DNA from: Eledone cirrhosa
Taxonomy: Eukaryota
Assembly (NCBI GenBank): GCA_964016885.1
Contig: OZ024742.1
Location: 245,520,001 to 245,584,000 of the forward strand
Direction of reading: 5' to 3'
Length of the DNA stretch: 64,000 bases
The notes below the pieces were generated by a model. That model was not told the DNA's origin and made no database searches. It was given only the letters and a program-made list of their open reading frames with translations. The stretch's first letter is position 1. The number at the start of each line of letters is the position of its first letter. Position numbers and translations under genes: made by a program. Of the stretch, positions 1 to 14,850 are shown piece after piece.

Positions 1-780
1 AACAAAACAAATCTTGTATTTTCGTTTATTGTTAAATTATGCCCAAAATACGGCGATCTTATCTTAAACCTTACATTCTGTCATATTTTCATATTCTGTC
101 GTATTTTCATATCAAAACAAATCACTATTATATATCCCTTTAAATATAATTTGTTAAACTTGCTAAGTTTTACGCAAAACTTCGAGTACCTATTTAAACT
201 CTTAACCTCTGCTCCATCCCATCTTCTACCCCCTACCCATTCATCATGCTGGTTCCTGCCCCCCCCCCCCCCCCGTTACAAACGAAACGAAGTTTAATTT
301 CGTTTCGTTATTTGTTTTTATCGTCTCCGTTGAACCGGTACTTACTCACACTCTATGCAAATTAGTCTGCCCACTACTAATTTTCATAGAAAAAGCATAT
401 AACGATATGTGCTTTTACGATTCTCTAGAGAGGCCGGAAGATAGGTAAATATTGCTAATGAGTTGTAACAACAACGAAACTAGTTCAATATTCCTTGTCT
501 GGCTTTCTGGAGAATAGAGGAAAGGTGTTTCCTCAAAAACCAGTATGACTCTAAAAACCGGTTTGTCTGTGTGTTTACATATAGAATAGCTGGCCACTCA
601 CAGTAAAGTGACCAGTGAAAAAACTTGGTACATCTACATATGTATACGTGTGTGTATTCATATACATACTAGTATTTCAGTATACATATATGGATGTACA
701 TCTTTAACTTAATTGTTTAAGCGTCAGTCATACAAAAGTGAGTTACAAACGAAACGAAGTTTAATTTCGTTTCGTTATTT

Positions 781-862
<82 letters not shown>

Positions 863-879
863 TATATACATATATATAC

Positions 880-983
<104 letters not shown>

Positions 984-1131
984 ATGCTTTGGGAGGGTCA
1001 TGTTGCCAATAAGAAACACACGCACCAGTTGCTTTCACTCCAATTTATTATAAATTAAATTTATAAATTTAAGAATTTATAAATTTCCGGTTGGTTGGTT
1101 GGTTCCATAACCGGACGGTTGTTCATATATT

Positions 1132-1174
1132 GTCAAAGTTCTTTCGTCACACATTCTGTGACCTCTTCAGTGAC
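1132..1174 (-). ncRNA. Minimal type-I hammerhead ribozyme motif (Penelope-type)
   Basis: Minus strand reads gtca-CTGAAGA-g-gtcaca-gaatg-tgtgac-GAAA-gaac-TT-tgac. Stem I gtca/tgac, 6-bp stem II with one extra G, very short stem III. Lies in an island between (TA)n tracts. Confidence 0.6.
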
Positions 1175-1945
1175 TGGGGATTCTTTTCTTTGTTTTGTGC
1201 CCCTCCTTTGTTCTGTCCTACGCCATCTTGTTTATATATATATATATATATATTAAATGTTAAACAGTGAGGTAGTATTTAATCCATTTTTAACAATCGT
1301 TCGAGAGAGCAAAATATTGATGTGCAGACTAATCGAGTTATGTAACTCCCTATGTTCAACTTCTAAAAAGCACATCTCTGCTGTCGTTCTTCAGAAACAA
1401 TAGATTTGATATGTATTAATCAACTATAGAGTAAAGAGTAAAGACTCCCTCTGGTCACGAACAATCATGGGATTTGTAGTTAGATAGTCCTCCTCTGAGG
1501 CACAAGTCCGGGCAAAGTTGTTGATGGAAGACCAGCAGTCGCCCATGCATACCGGTCTCACCTCTCCACGCCACCGACGTCGTCAGACACAGCTTGGCAC
1601 CAGCGACGTCGTAACTCATTTCTACAGCTGAGTAAACTGGAGCAACATGAACTAAAGCAGGGGTATGCAACATATTCCATTGGCGGGCCACTTTTGAACA
1701 TTGAAACAACTATTAGGGCCATTAATATTTATTAAGCACTATTCCAAAGATTCACCACTTCTTTCCATGACATTGAACTGGGAAATTATAACACACATAA
1801 CCCTATCAGTGAAGCCCTTTAGTATAGGTCAACTAACAGAAAATTGTACTACGGTTACGAAATAAATTCTAAATAGCTTGTTGGGCCGGATTGTGGCCCG
1901 CTGGTCGCCTGTTGCACGCTCCTGAATTAAAGTATCTTATATATA

Positions 1946-2049
<104 letters not shown>

Positions 2050-2050
2050 G

Positions 2051-3160
2051 ATATTCTACAGTCATCCCTCACGATGACGGTCTCCGCACTCTCCGACATA
2101 TTTTTAGATGTACACCCTACATTCTACCATAACACTTTTACTCTTCTCCGCCTTTCTCTCAATGGCTTTTCCTTTTCAGGGGAATTTTACCAGCAGGTCT
2201 CCGGCATAGCCATGGTTACCAGAATGGGCCCTAACTACGCCAACTTGTTCGTTGGTTATGTTGAGTTTCTTCCAGTACACTGGCCCGATCCCTGAGCTAT
2301 ACAGTCGTTACATCGCCGATTGTATCGGCGCCACATCCCTCACCCGTGAACAGCTTAGTTCTTCATTCTTTCGTCCAATCTTTTTATCTTGCCCTCATCT
2401 TCACCATCTCTATCTCCAACTCTTCTGTCCAATTTTTCGACATCTCTCTCTATCGGCCACATTAACGACATACTCTCTACCTCCATCTTCCATAATCCCA
2501 TTGATTCCCACTCTTACCTCCACTTCACCTTCTCCCTTCTTACCCACACCAAACTCTCCATACCCTATTTCCAATTCCTCCGGCTTCGTCAGCACTATAG
2601 CCAGGACCACGATTTCAGACCCAGTCTCAACACACAGTCTCCCACTTCATCCAGCGTGGATATTCCCCCACCCTCATCCAAGCTGCTCTCACCCGCGCCC
2701 GTAAAACCGACTGTACCACAGCATTCTCACACCACTACCGCCCCACAACACCCGCCTTTAAGCGCACCCGTAATCTCCGGCGCCTCTTGGTACGTAGTTC
2801 CTCTCCCATCCCTGTTCCCGTCGTCGCTGTAACACCTGTCCCTTCATTTCTAACCTCACCACTCTCACTGACATTAACGATTCTTTCCACATCCACCCAC
2901 GTACTCTATGCCCTCCGGTGTTCCCTTTGCGAGTCCTTAAACATCCGACAAACAGACTGCCATTTGACGAACTGTTTCGCTGAACACTTGAGGGGCATAC
3001 GACTCGCTATGGATACCCCCATCCCGTTCCCCAGGCCACTCCTCCGCACATAGTGCCCTTTTACATCACGGATCGCACTAAGACTTAGCAGAGTCTAATA
3101 TTCCGCCTTGGGTCCAGTTTCCCTTAGGGACTCAACTCCCCTTCCGCAATTTCTTTAATC
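2051..3160 (+). mobile_element. Decayed Penelope-like retroelement (Neptune-type), RT + GIY-YIG
   Basis: Frameshifted fragments: FYQQVSGIAMVTRMGPNYANLF and YSRYIADC (RT), SHSYLHF..SIPYFQFLRLR (thumb), CSRRRCNTCPF Cys linker at about 2813-2845, VLYALRCSLC..NIRQT..FAEH (GIY-YIG). Flanked by (GT)n and (CA)n. Confidence 0.88.
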
Positions 3161-3436
3161 TTGCATACATACACTTGCGTTTAATTCTATACCCCTAGCT
3201 ACTGTCACCCCTACCTCGTCCGCTGTCACACATGCGCGCGCACATTTACACCCTAGGTTCCTTCTTATAGCTCTATTACGGTCAGAAACGAATTCTTACA
3301 GCTTTTACAAGCCAACAACAACATGCACGCACCTCACACTTATCCTCACAGCTCTGTAGGGACCAACAACACACAACACACACACATCCTCACAACTTCG
3401 TACTTACAATAAAACACACACGCGCGCACCCGCACG

Positions 3437-3532
<96 letters not shown>

Positions 3533-3661
3533 TTATCTTAAACTTATATATTTATTGTGTCATATATAATAACGTTGTGAACTAACAAAACAAAATATTT
3601 TAGTAAAGATTGTTTCTTAGAATAAGTTTATTTCGCGAAAAAGAAACTTGAATAAGAATTT

Positions 3662-4060
3662 AAGCGTGCCTTGGACGCTGGTGGTTTCCCATCAAGCCGG
3701 TGAGATTAGACCGAGGAGACAGCAGAAAATCGGATGGCATCACCATCTTCCCGTACTGCGGCTGTAAGACCCTCATCAAGAACGCAGCATGCGACGACAC
3801 TTTCTCCGGCAGTGACCTGATGAATTCAGCAGCAGTACAAGGTTTCGTTGCTTGATAAATCATTGAAATACTGACCACATTCTGATGGGTTTATCATCAA
3901 ATCGATAGATGCGAAAAATGTGGGTGTCCTGGGAAACTCGAACCCCCTCCATACTTAATGCTATTGGTACAGAGTTGGCCACCTGAAAGAGTGAGCCACG
4001 TGAGTTGGAATAGTTCTATTAACGTCTTTTCAATTCAGACACTAAGACCATAATGCAACA
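3662..4060 (+). mobile_element. CRE-like non-LTR retrotransposon remnant (restriction-like endonuclease region)
   Basis: Manual translation KRALDAGGFPS / PVRLDRGDSRKSDGITIFPY..KTLIKNAACDDTF, later VGVLG and EPRELE*FY*RL. Resembles the KRAL..G.PS.LEP.GL.R.DGKRPDG.T..PW..WDATC.DT motif of CRE-clade elements. Contains stops and frameshifts. Confidence 0.65.
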
Positions 4061-4243
4061 TTCAACAAAGGTTTTGCACGTAAGAGAGAAAGATCAAGTG
4101 AACGAGATCATGTGAAGGTCTTTCATTAGCTGGTTCGTTAGTCATTACATACATGTATGCATACATGCACGCGTACATACATACATACATAAATACATAC
4201 ATACATCCATACATACATACATACATACATAAATACATACATA

Positions 4244-4840
4244 CATGGTGGCTGCCAACTCGTTTTCAAGTCGGCCACTACTTTATATCCATGTAGGAGA
4301 ACCCCTACCGATGCGCTAAACAAGTGTGACTTTTAGTCCAGCCAGCGACTTGAAAACTCTGGTACAAACACTACAACTGTGACAATTATTGACACATAGT
4401 GCTGGGCCCATGGTACCGTGTGACGACAAGTGCAGAGAGATCTCCAGATATAAAGCAATGCCTGTGCCGTGAAGCTTTTATAGTGAGCAAAGCCAGTCCC
4501 ACTCTCTTAACCAAGATGATATTTACCAAAAAGAAGAACAAGTCAACATCATTGGATACCATCAGGGTTGCAGGTGTTATATCAGAGTTTTCCTTCTTCT
4601 AGAATTCTGCCTTGACAAAGGCTAAGGGGTCATCTCTCCCGGTGATTTTGGATGGCCATTGACTCTTAAGAGGTCCTTTGCCCTTTGACAGGTTTTGTTT
4701 TTAGTCATGCAGGATGTCCAAAGTCACCCTCCTCACCAAGAAACCTTGGTAGGGTTGCCAGTTTAGTCGCCAACGACCCGACCATGGGACAGGTTGTACT
4801 GGGATACATGTTACTAGTAGCACCGACTGGTGACCTGACA
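4244..4840 (-). mobile_element. Non-autonomous bipartite RTE derivative, copy 1
   Basis: Near-identical reverse complement of 7962-8565. Embedded in (CATA)n on both sides. Confidence 0.85.
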
Positions 4841-5083
4841 CAATACATACATACATACATACATACATACATACATACATACATACATACATACATACAT
4901 ACACACAAATATATTTCAAAAAGATGTTTATGAAAACGTAAAGAGAAAGCAAGCTCGCTAAACGCCAACTTTTTGTACATGTTATGAAGAGACCCCTCTT
5001 TTATATATACAGAAGGTGCATTTTCTTTTCCTTATATAACGTGATCTGTCTAGAACGTTTTCTAACGTCCGCGTTTTTTTCAC

Positions 5084-5158
<75 letters not shown>

Positions 5159-5425
5159 AATCTTAAGAAAATTAACAAAGAGAGGACAAGACAACGAACG
5201 AAAACATGGAAAAACGGAAAACGATTTTTTAAGAGACAACCTTAAAAAATTATTTAAAAAAACAAAAATACAAACTCCATGGCCATCGGCCGCTAAGAAG
5301 ATGGAGTTTGGCAGTTTCGACCCCTACCAACTGTACTGCTGGTCCACCTAGAGTCACAGCGTCCAACACAAGCCAAACATTGTTCAGTGGAGTAAGAGAC
5401 GAGAGACAAAAGCTTAATTTATGAT

Positions 5426-5838
<413 letters not shown>

Positions 5839-5839
5839 G

Positions 5840-5910
<71 letters not shown>

Positions 5911-6057
5911 ATCCCGTTAAAGGTGAAAGCAGCGATTCTTTGCTTAAACTTTAATCTGTTATTTTAATAAATATTTGCTCTATGGTTCTTATATATTTGA
6001 TATATATTTATCTTTATCGAGCCCTCTTTGGATTGTAGTCTTCACATTTATTATTAT

Positions 6058-6095
<38 letters not shown>

Positions 6096-6098
6096 TAT

Positions 6099-6485
6099 AT
6101 ATATTGGTAAACGGAAAAGAAAATGTTGACAAATTGTTCACAGTGAAAAATAGTTTAATTAGGAATAAGTGAGAATTAGTAATAGTATTTGTTAGTATTC
6201 AGTTTTGGTTTTAAGTTTTACCGGTTGCGCATTTCTAAATGCTTTTCAAAAATAATTTTGAGATAGAGTGTCCGTGCTGTTTGCTCTGATCAGATTAGAG
6301 CAAACATCACGGACGCTCTATCTCAAAATTATTTTTGAAAAGCATTTAGAAATGCGCAACCGGTAAAACTTAAAACCAAAACTGAATACTAACAAATACT
6401 ATTACTAATTCTCACTTATTCCTAATTAAACTATTTTTCACTGTGAACAATTTGTCAACATTTTCTTTTCCGTTTACCAATATAT
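6099..6485. repeat. Near-perfect spacerless palindrome (about 193-bp arms)
   Basis: 6099-6291 is the reverse complement of 6293-6485, with 3 mismatches seen near the centre. Confidence 0.95.
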
Positions 6486-6515
6486 CATAACTTGTGTGTT
6501 ACACCTCTATTCTTT

Positions 6516-6584
<69 letters not shown>

Positions 6585-7179
6585 TGATCATCTCTACGTT
6601 TTGCCAACTGAAATATGTATGCTATACTGGTGAGATCCAACATGATCGAAATATATCCATTGCTTTAAAGACGTGAGCCACTCTTAACTACGTTGTCTTT
6701 ATTTTCTAAAAATGTTGAGGAGCGGATATTATATTAAGTTATCTCCTGCCGAGGTTAACTTTGCCTTTCATCCTTACGGGGTCGATAAAATAAAGTACCA
6801 GTAATGCGCTGGTATATTTGCTGGCCGTGTGCCAAAAGTAGAAACAATTATATTAAGTTATCTCCCTTGCTTATTATTTTTAGATTTTAAACATCTCTAC
6901 TCTCCACAGAAAGTGTTTGACTTCTAAGTGCAATAATAAGTTTAGTAGAACCTTTACCTGAATTATTTCCGTATAACCCTGACCATCTTTATATATTTGA
7001 CTGTTAAAAAAAAAAAAGCTTAATACTAAGGGAGGTTATTTCAATAACTGAGTAACTTCCCTTACTACGTATGTACATGCGCACGTACGTACGTATGTAT
7101 GTATGTATGTATGTATGTATGTATGTATGTATGTATGTATGTATGTATGTATGTATGTATGTATGTATGTATGTATGTA

Positions 7180-7261
<82 letters not shown>

Positions 7262-7384
7262 TGTGTGCGTGTACAACTCATAAGTGTCCACGGCCATCCA
7301 AAAATGTGTAAATATGTATATACATGTATGCACGTATATATATGTATATATGTATATACATGTATGTAAGTGTATATATATGTG

Positions 7385-7955
7385 CGGGGACATAGAAATA
7401 GTCAGCTGGATACCCGATCGCGCGATTTACCACTGGGAGTGAAGGACCCCTAGCGTTTGTCAGGGCATTCTTCTAGGAGAAGGCAACTCAGGAAACTGGG
7501 ATAATTCCGACATAAAACCTGCGGCTCAGTAGTTATCGATGATGTTGATATCTTCTTCTTTTTAGGTTATAGTTACTGTCCCTCAGAGAGTGGGATTGGC
7601 TCAGTGCACAGTCATTCCTCACTAAAAAAAAAAAATCTTCACTCACAGGTATTACACAATAGAATTAATTAATTGTTTCTACTTTTGGCACAAGGCCAGC
7701 AATTATCCAGTACATTACTGGTACTTTATTTTATCGACCCCGTAAGGATGAAGGGCAAAGTTAACCTCGACGGGATTTGAACTCAGACCGTAAAGGGACG
7801 TAACTATGCTGGAAAGCATGGCGTCCGACTCTCTACCGATACTGCCAATCCACCGCCCTAGAATTAATTAATAATAGAATTAATTAATAATTATTAATAA
7901 TGGTATATCGTGCAGTGGCCATAATCGATACCGAGGGGGAGCCATCATGTATGTA
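7385..7955 (+). mobile_element. Sister family of bipartite RTE derivative, interrupted by a SINE
   Basis: Contains gaccccta gcgtttgtcagggca..ctaggagaaggcaactc (RTE 5'UTR-like) and the end cagtggccataatcgataccgagggggagccatc(atgt)n, paralleling 7962-8636. Confidence 0.6.
7673..7858 (-). mobile_element. Abundant tRNA-derived SINE (representative full copy)
   Basis: A/B-box-like head and core gcctttcatccttacggggtcgataaaataaagtaccag. Flanked by duplicated agaattaattaat. More than 15 further copies or fragments occur in the window. Confidence 0.85.
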
Positions 7956-7961
7956 TGTTTA

Positions 7962-8636
7962 TGTCAGGTCACCAGTTGGTGCTACTGGTAACATGTACAA
8001 CCTGTCCCATGGTCGGGTCGTTGGCGACTAAACTGGCAACCCCACCAAGGTTTCTTGGTGAGGAGGGTGACTTTGGACATCCTGCAGGACTAAAAACAAA
8101 ACCTGTCAAAGGGCAAAGGAGCTCTTAAGAGTCAATGGCCATCCAAAATCACCGGGAGAGATGACCCCTTAGCCTTTGTCAAGGCAGAATTCTAGGAGAA
8201 GGAAAACTCTGATATAACACCTGCAACCCTGATGGTATCCAATGATGTTGACTCGTTCTTCTTTTTGGTAAATATCATCTTGGTTAAGAAAGTGGGACTG
8301 GCTTTGTGCAGTGCCTTTGCTCACTATAAAAGCTTCACGGCACGGGCATTGCTTTATATCTGGAGATCTCTCTGCACTTGTCGTCACATGGTACCATGGG
8401 CCCAGCACTATGTGTCAATAATTGTCACAGGTGTAGTGTTTGTACCAAAATGTTCAAGTCGCTGGCTGGACTAAAAAGTCACACTCGTTCAGCGCATCGG
8501 TAGAGGTTCTCCTACATGGATATAAAGTAGTGGCCATACTCGAAAACGAGTTGGCAGCCACCATGTATGTATGTATGTATGTATGTATGTATGTATGTAT
8601 GTATGTATGTATGTATGTATGTATGTATGTATGTAT
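7962..8636 (+). mobile_element. Non-autonomous bipartite RTE derivative, copy 2, (ATGT)n tail
   Basis: RTE 5'UTR-like motif ctaggagaaggaaaactctga fused to an ORF end coding CSVCTKMFKSLAGLKSHTRSAHR* (8432-8503; C2H2 finger typical of RTE C-termini), short UTR and (ATGT)n. Confidence 0.85.
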
Positions 8637-9020
8637 AGGTTTGTATGAGTGAGAGATGATAAATAGGTAAGTGTTAGGATTAACAATTGGATGGATAGAT
8701 AGATGTGAAGATAAAAATAAAATATAAAGTATGATGTGCTATAGTTCAATAATATATTTTGTATTTTATCATATATTTCGCGAACAGGTGATTGATCAAG
8801 GTAGGTAACTCTCATAATTTAGAAAACTATTAAAGTAGTTAACGGTATTTGATATAATCCAGTTACAACCACTTCTAGCTCTGATACTGATTCATATATA
8901 GCTGGCTGCTCTTCTCTCCTCGGACGCAGATAAGTATTTATTTACTCGCTGTGTTTGCTAATATATATTAGAATAAATTACCACAATATTTTTTAATACA
9001 TATTCATAAAATATATAAAC

Positions 9021-9536
9021 ATGGAAGCATGCAAGAAAAAAATGAATGCTTTAATTTTAGAGCGAGTAAATGCTTTGGACAAAGCTGAAGAAGCTATAAA
9101 AAATTACCAGCTCTTAGAAGAAGAGAAGAAAAAAGTTGACGAAGAATTGGTATGGATTAATAAGAAATATGGTAATTTAGAGAGAGATAGTGATGAAAAG
9201 ACTGGCCAGTTAGAAAAAACACAGGACATATTAAGATACACAGAAGAGAAACTATCGGAGACGGAGAACGAAACACAAGATCTGAACAGAAAGATAAATC
9301 TTCTAGAGTTAGATCTTTCCCGATCAGAGAGCCAGTTAGAAGAAAAAAGGGTACAAGCTGAAGAAGACTCTGATAAGCTACAATCAGCCGAGGTCAGGGC
9401 TTTAGATGCTGAACGTAATGTCCAAAAACTTGAAAACGAAATCGACATGCTTACGAAAGAACTTCAAGATGAAAAGACAAAATATAAAACTTTGTGCGAG
9501 GATCTGGATGAAGCTTGTAACGAAATGACTAATTAG
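9021..9536 (+). CDS. Short intronless tropomyosin-like protein (171 aa)
   Basis: MEACKKKMNALILERVNALDKAE matches the tropomyosin start MDAIKKKM..NALDRAE. LNRKI falls at 88-92 as in canonical Tm. The C-terminus SDKLQSAEVRALDAERNVQKLE..KYKTLCEDLDEACNEMTN matches Tm 229-283. Start context aacATGG; downstream AATAAA. Confidence 0.9.
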   Translation: MEACKKKMNALILERVNALDKAEEAIKNYQLLEEEKKKVDEELVWINKKYGNLERDSDEKTGQLEKTQDILRYTEEKLSETENETQDLNRKINLLELDLSRSESQLEEKRVQAEEDSDKLQSAEVRALDAERNVQKLENEIDMLTKELQDEKTKYKTLCEDLDEACNEMTN

Positions 9537-9610
9537 AAAATATTTTTTTTCAAACCATCACTAAACTTATTAAAAGAAATGGACAAAAAAACAACAAAAA
9601 CGTTTTTAAG

Positions 9611-9616
9611 AATAAA
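9611..9616 (+). promoter_or_regulatory. Candidate polyadenylation signal of the tropomyosin-like gene
   Basis: AATAAA about 75 nt after the stop. The region is AT-rich, so a chance match is possible. Confidence 0.4.
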
Positions 9617-9847
9617 AACATGAAGAGATATCTAAATTATTGCCATTGGTATGTTTTATCCGTGCTATGTTGACACTGTAAAGACTCAGTCCTTATGCTG
9701 GTTTGTAATGTTATTTTCTTATCGAATTTCTACTGTATACACCACATCGCAAACAACTTTATTGTTATTATTGTTATTGTTGTTGTTGTTATTGCTATTT
9801 TGGTTAATTGAAAACCAGAACCTCAAGTGTTAAGAAAAAGCTTGCCA

Positions 9848-9996
<149 letters not shown>

Positions 9997-10018
9997 GAGA
10001 GATATATAGATATATATA

Positions 10019-10234
10019 CTAGCAGAATCGCCCGGCGTTGCTCGGGATTTGCTCTAGGGTTCTTTATATTTATCCTTATCGAGCCTCGTGAAATAAATAC
10101 GTTTGTTTATATTTTGTTATTGTGTATGCAAAAATATCTGTACACGAATATATAATTATATATATATATTAAAATAAGAGATTAACGTTTAAGCAAAGAA
10201 TCGCTGCTTTCACCCATAACGGGATCTTCTGAAA
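10019..10234 (-). mobile_element. Helitron 3'-end fragment
   Basis: Minus strand ends cccgagcaacgccggg hairpin + cgattctgCTAG|t. Same family as 10972-12120 and the fragment at about 5908-6025. Confidence 0.7.
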
Positions 10235-10309
10235 TTAACAAAAACAATGTTTATATACATATATATAAACAGAAAATTATGTAACGAATAAATAATGTTG
10301 ATAAGTGTG

Positions 10310-10347
<38 letters not shown>

Positions 10348-10566
10348 TTTTCTCAATTTATTTATATCTTTTGGGTTATTTCGCAGACAAACATTTTATC
10401 TATCTTCTGAACATTCACAGCAGAAACGTTTAGAAATTGTTTGCTTGTTTAAGTATTATAAGTATTGAATAAATATATTAAAACAGAAAAAAAAAACGGA
10501 TAAAGAAAAATATACACGTATGTATGTATATGTTTCTGAACGTATGTGTTTGTAAAAATGTATATT

Positions 10567-10664
<98 letters not shown>

Positions 10665-10971
10665 CGCGTGCGTATGTGTGTGAGCGTGTCTATATGTATG
10701 TACGTATAGATGTATGTATACATGCATGTGTGTGCGTGTGTTCATCTGCTTTTCAATCTGTTTGTATATTTTGGATTATTTATGTAGCTACTCATGTTTG
10801 CTGACAAAATACTCTCAACTATATATATACGGATAAGGCATCTAGCTGGGAAGTTTGCTTGACAATTTATCCTATGCGTATGCTCTAAATAAATTTATTG
10901 AGCAAATTGTAAACAACGGGATCGATAATCATTGGATATCGATCTAAAGCTTCATTATATATATATATATA

Positions 10972-12201
<1,230 letters not shown>

Positions 12202-12265
12202 GATAATGATAATTGCAAAATTCAGATGATGTACAAATTCATAACTGATTTTATTTAGATTCCGC

Positions 12266-12326
12266 TGCAATACATATTTCTGTGGCGTTCATGATTACGC
12301 AACCCCGAACACGCCTTCATCAAGCA
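12266..12326 (-). ncRNA. Variant hammerhead motif (U3) in the left arm of a decayed fold-back element
   Basis: tgc-TTGATGA-aggcgtgttc..gaacgccaca-GAAA-tatgta-TT-gca. An inverted sister lies at about 12515-12596. Confidence 0.45.
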
Positions 12327-12768
12327 TCATATTAAGTAATAATTGTTTCTACTTTTAGCACAAGGCCAGCAATTACCCAGTACATTACTGGTACTTTATT
12401 TTATCGACCAAGTAATAATGTTGATATGTAATATTTCCATTCCAATATGTGCTATAGATAAGGAGAAGGACTCCTATATGATTGTTCTTTCGCAGCTCGT
12501 CTTCTTACATAAGATGCTCTTTGATGAAGTTGTGTTGATGGTTGCATGGTGACTGCATTTCGTAATCATGAACACGACAGAAATATGTATATCGGCGGAT
12601 TCTGAATAAAATGAATTATGAATTTCTCTATCTAGTCTTTGCAATTATCGTTATCGTATATATATTCCGTCATGGACTACCAAATCGCATTTGAAACATA
12701 TGACATTGATTGCATCGTTTACTGACTAGAGTCAACATCTTTTAACACACACACACACACATATATAC

Positions 12769-12799
<31 letters not shown>

Positions 12800-12895
12800 A
12801 CACACACACACACATATATATATATACATATATATATATAACACACACACACACACATATATATACATATATATATATATATACATATATATATA

Positions 12896-13016
<121 letters not shown>

Positions 13017-13087
13017 AAACACATAGCAAACTGGCATATACCTTCCTAGTGGTACTCGGAGTTTCCCGAAGCAAGCTGATGTTATTG

Positions 13088-13152
<65 letters not shown>

Positions 13153-13262
13153 AAAGTTTTATTTAAAATTGTTGGGTTACAACAAGTAAATATTTTATAA
13201 CTGATATAAAGCACTCAACAAGTTTTGGAGTATATATACGATATAAAACTGCTTATATATTG

Positions 13263-13328
13263 TATTTTATCTGAAGAAGGCATGCCATATTTTTAATATG
13301 GTATCCCTGAAATATGTATAATGAAATA
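13263..13328 (+). ncRNA. Minimal hammerhead ribozyme motif
   Basis: tattttat-CTGAAGA-agg catgccatat tttta atatggtat ccct-GAAA-tatgta-TA-atgaaata. 8-bp stem I, long stem II. Same sequence at 22418 (+) and 22239 (-). Confidence 0.75.
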
Positions 13329-14070
13329 AATATGGTTTTATAAATATAGTTTCCATTTGTTTAATATCGTATATATATATATATATATAATAATTAAATT
13401 ATTGTGTAAAGTGCTCAGGTGCACTACAACTCGTCAAAGGTGTATGTATAGTACATAGAATAATACACAAATGTCAGGGAAGTACATGTTTTTTTTTTGT
13501 TTTGTTTTTTTTTATTAATTATTTTATTAGTAACCTCACATGTGGTTCTTGTATAAAATTATGTTGCAAGATTTTAATATAATAATGAAATATATACCGA
13601 GATTGTTTTTTTTTATTCTGAGAAAACCTGTAAGCCTAGAAATCTAATATAAAAACAAAGATCGACTATGGACAATATTAATCTTCTTAATATATTTTCT
13701 ATCTATAAAACAACCCAAAATTAAATATTCATATAATATTCTAAAAACAATTAAAAAAACTATTTTATTTGCCCTCTATTCTACAGCTTATCATGTTAAA
13801 ATACACAAGGTTTTGTAACGATTTTCTTATCTCATTAATACATTGCATATCTCAAGTGTTTCAACTGCCACAGGAACAGCCATCAGGAATTCACCGAAAA
13901 TAATATTTTATGCAGTGTATGCCCTTTCAGATAGTTCTCTTAACAACTTGTGTTCTGCAGAGAATCTGTCGTCTGATATGCTGTGTATTAAATTGGAGAA
14001 CGGTTGTGAAACACCTTCACACTTACACATAGAGACAACATACATACAGTATACATATGCGAGCACAAGA

Positions 14071-14157
<87 letters not shown>

Positions 14158-14305
14158 CACTCATCACTCATCAACATCTTACACGATAGCTATAAATACT
14201 GTTGTGAAATGATAGCCAAGAATAAAACGCACACATATATGGATATACTTATATGTATACAGGGGAGTGAATGTGTGTGCATGTATAATGCACACACCTA
14301 TATTT

Positions 14306-14419
<114 letters not shown>

Positions 14420-14565
14420 ATGTATATATATATGAAGGGGAACGAAATTAAATTTACATTTTACACCTATGTAGGTTTAGGAGATTAGTACTCCTGCTAC
14501 ATAGGATTAGCTGGCCTCATACGAGGTTTCACAGGCCTTTTAATGATACGGGTTCCAACCATATG

Positions 14566-14627
<62 letters not shown>

Positions 14628-14776
14628 ATACATTAACAGAGAAAGCTTTAAGCAATACTCCGACCGTCTCACTCAACAAACATTAGGATATACCTTAGTA
14701 TAATCCCAATTATACGTTTGGGGTGCTAACTATACGTATTTTGCGGATAGCTAGCCAGTTGTATTATTTTATATGA

Positions 14777-14850
<74 letters not shown>

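Noticed and set aside
13843-14030. Possible exon or endonuclease remnant (PVAVETL on the minus strand)
   Set aside because: A single short motif with surrounding stops and no splice-consistent partner; too weak to call.
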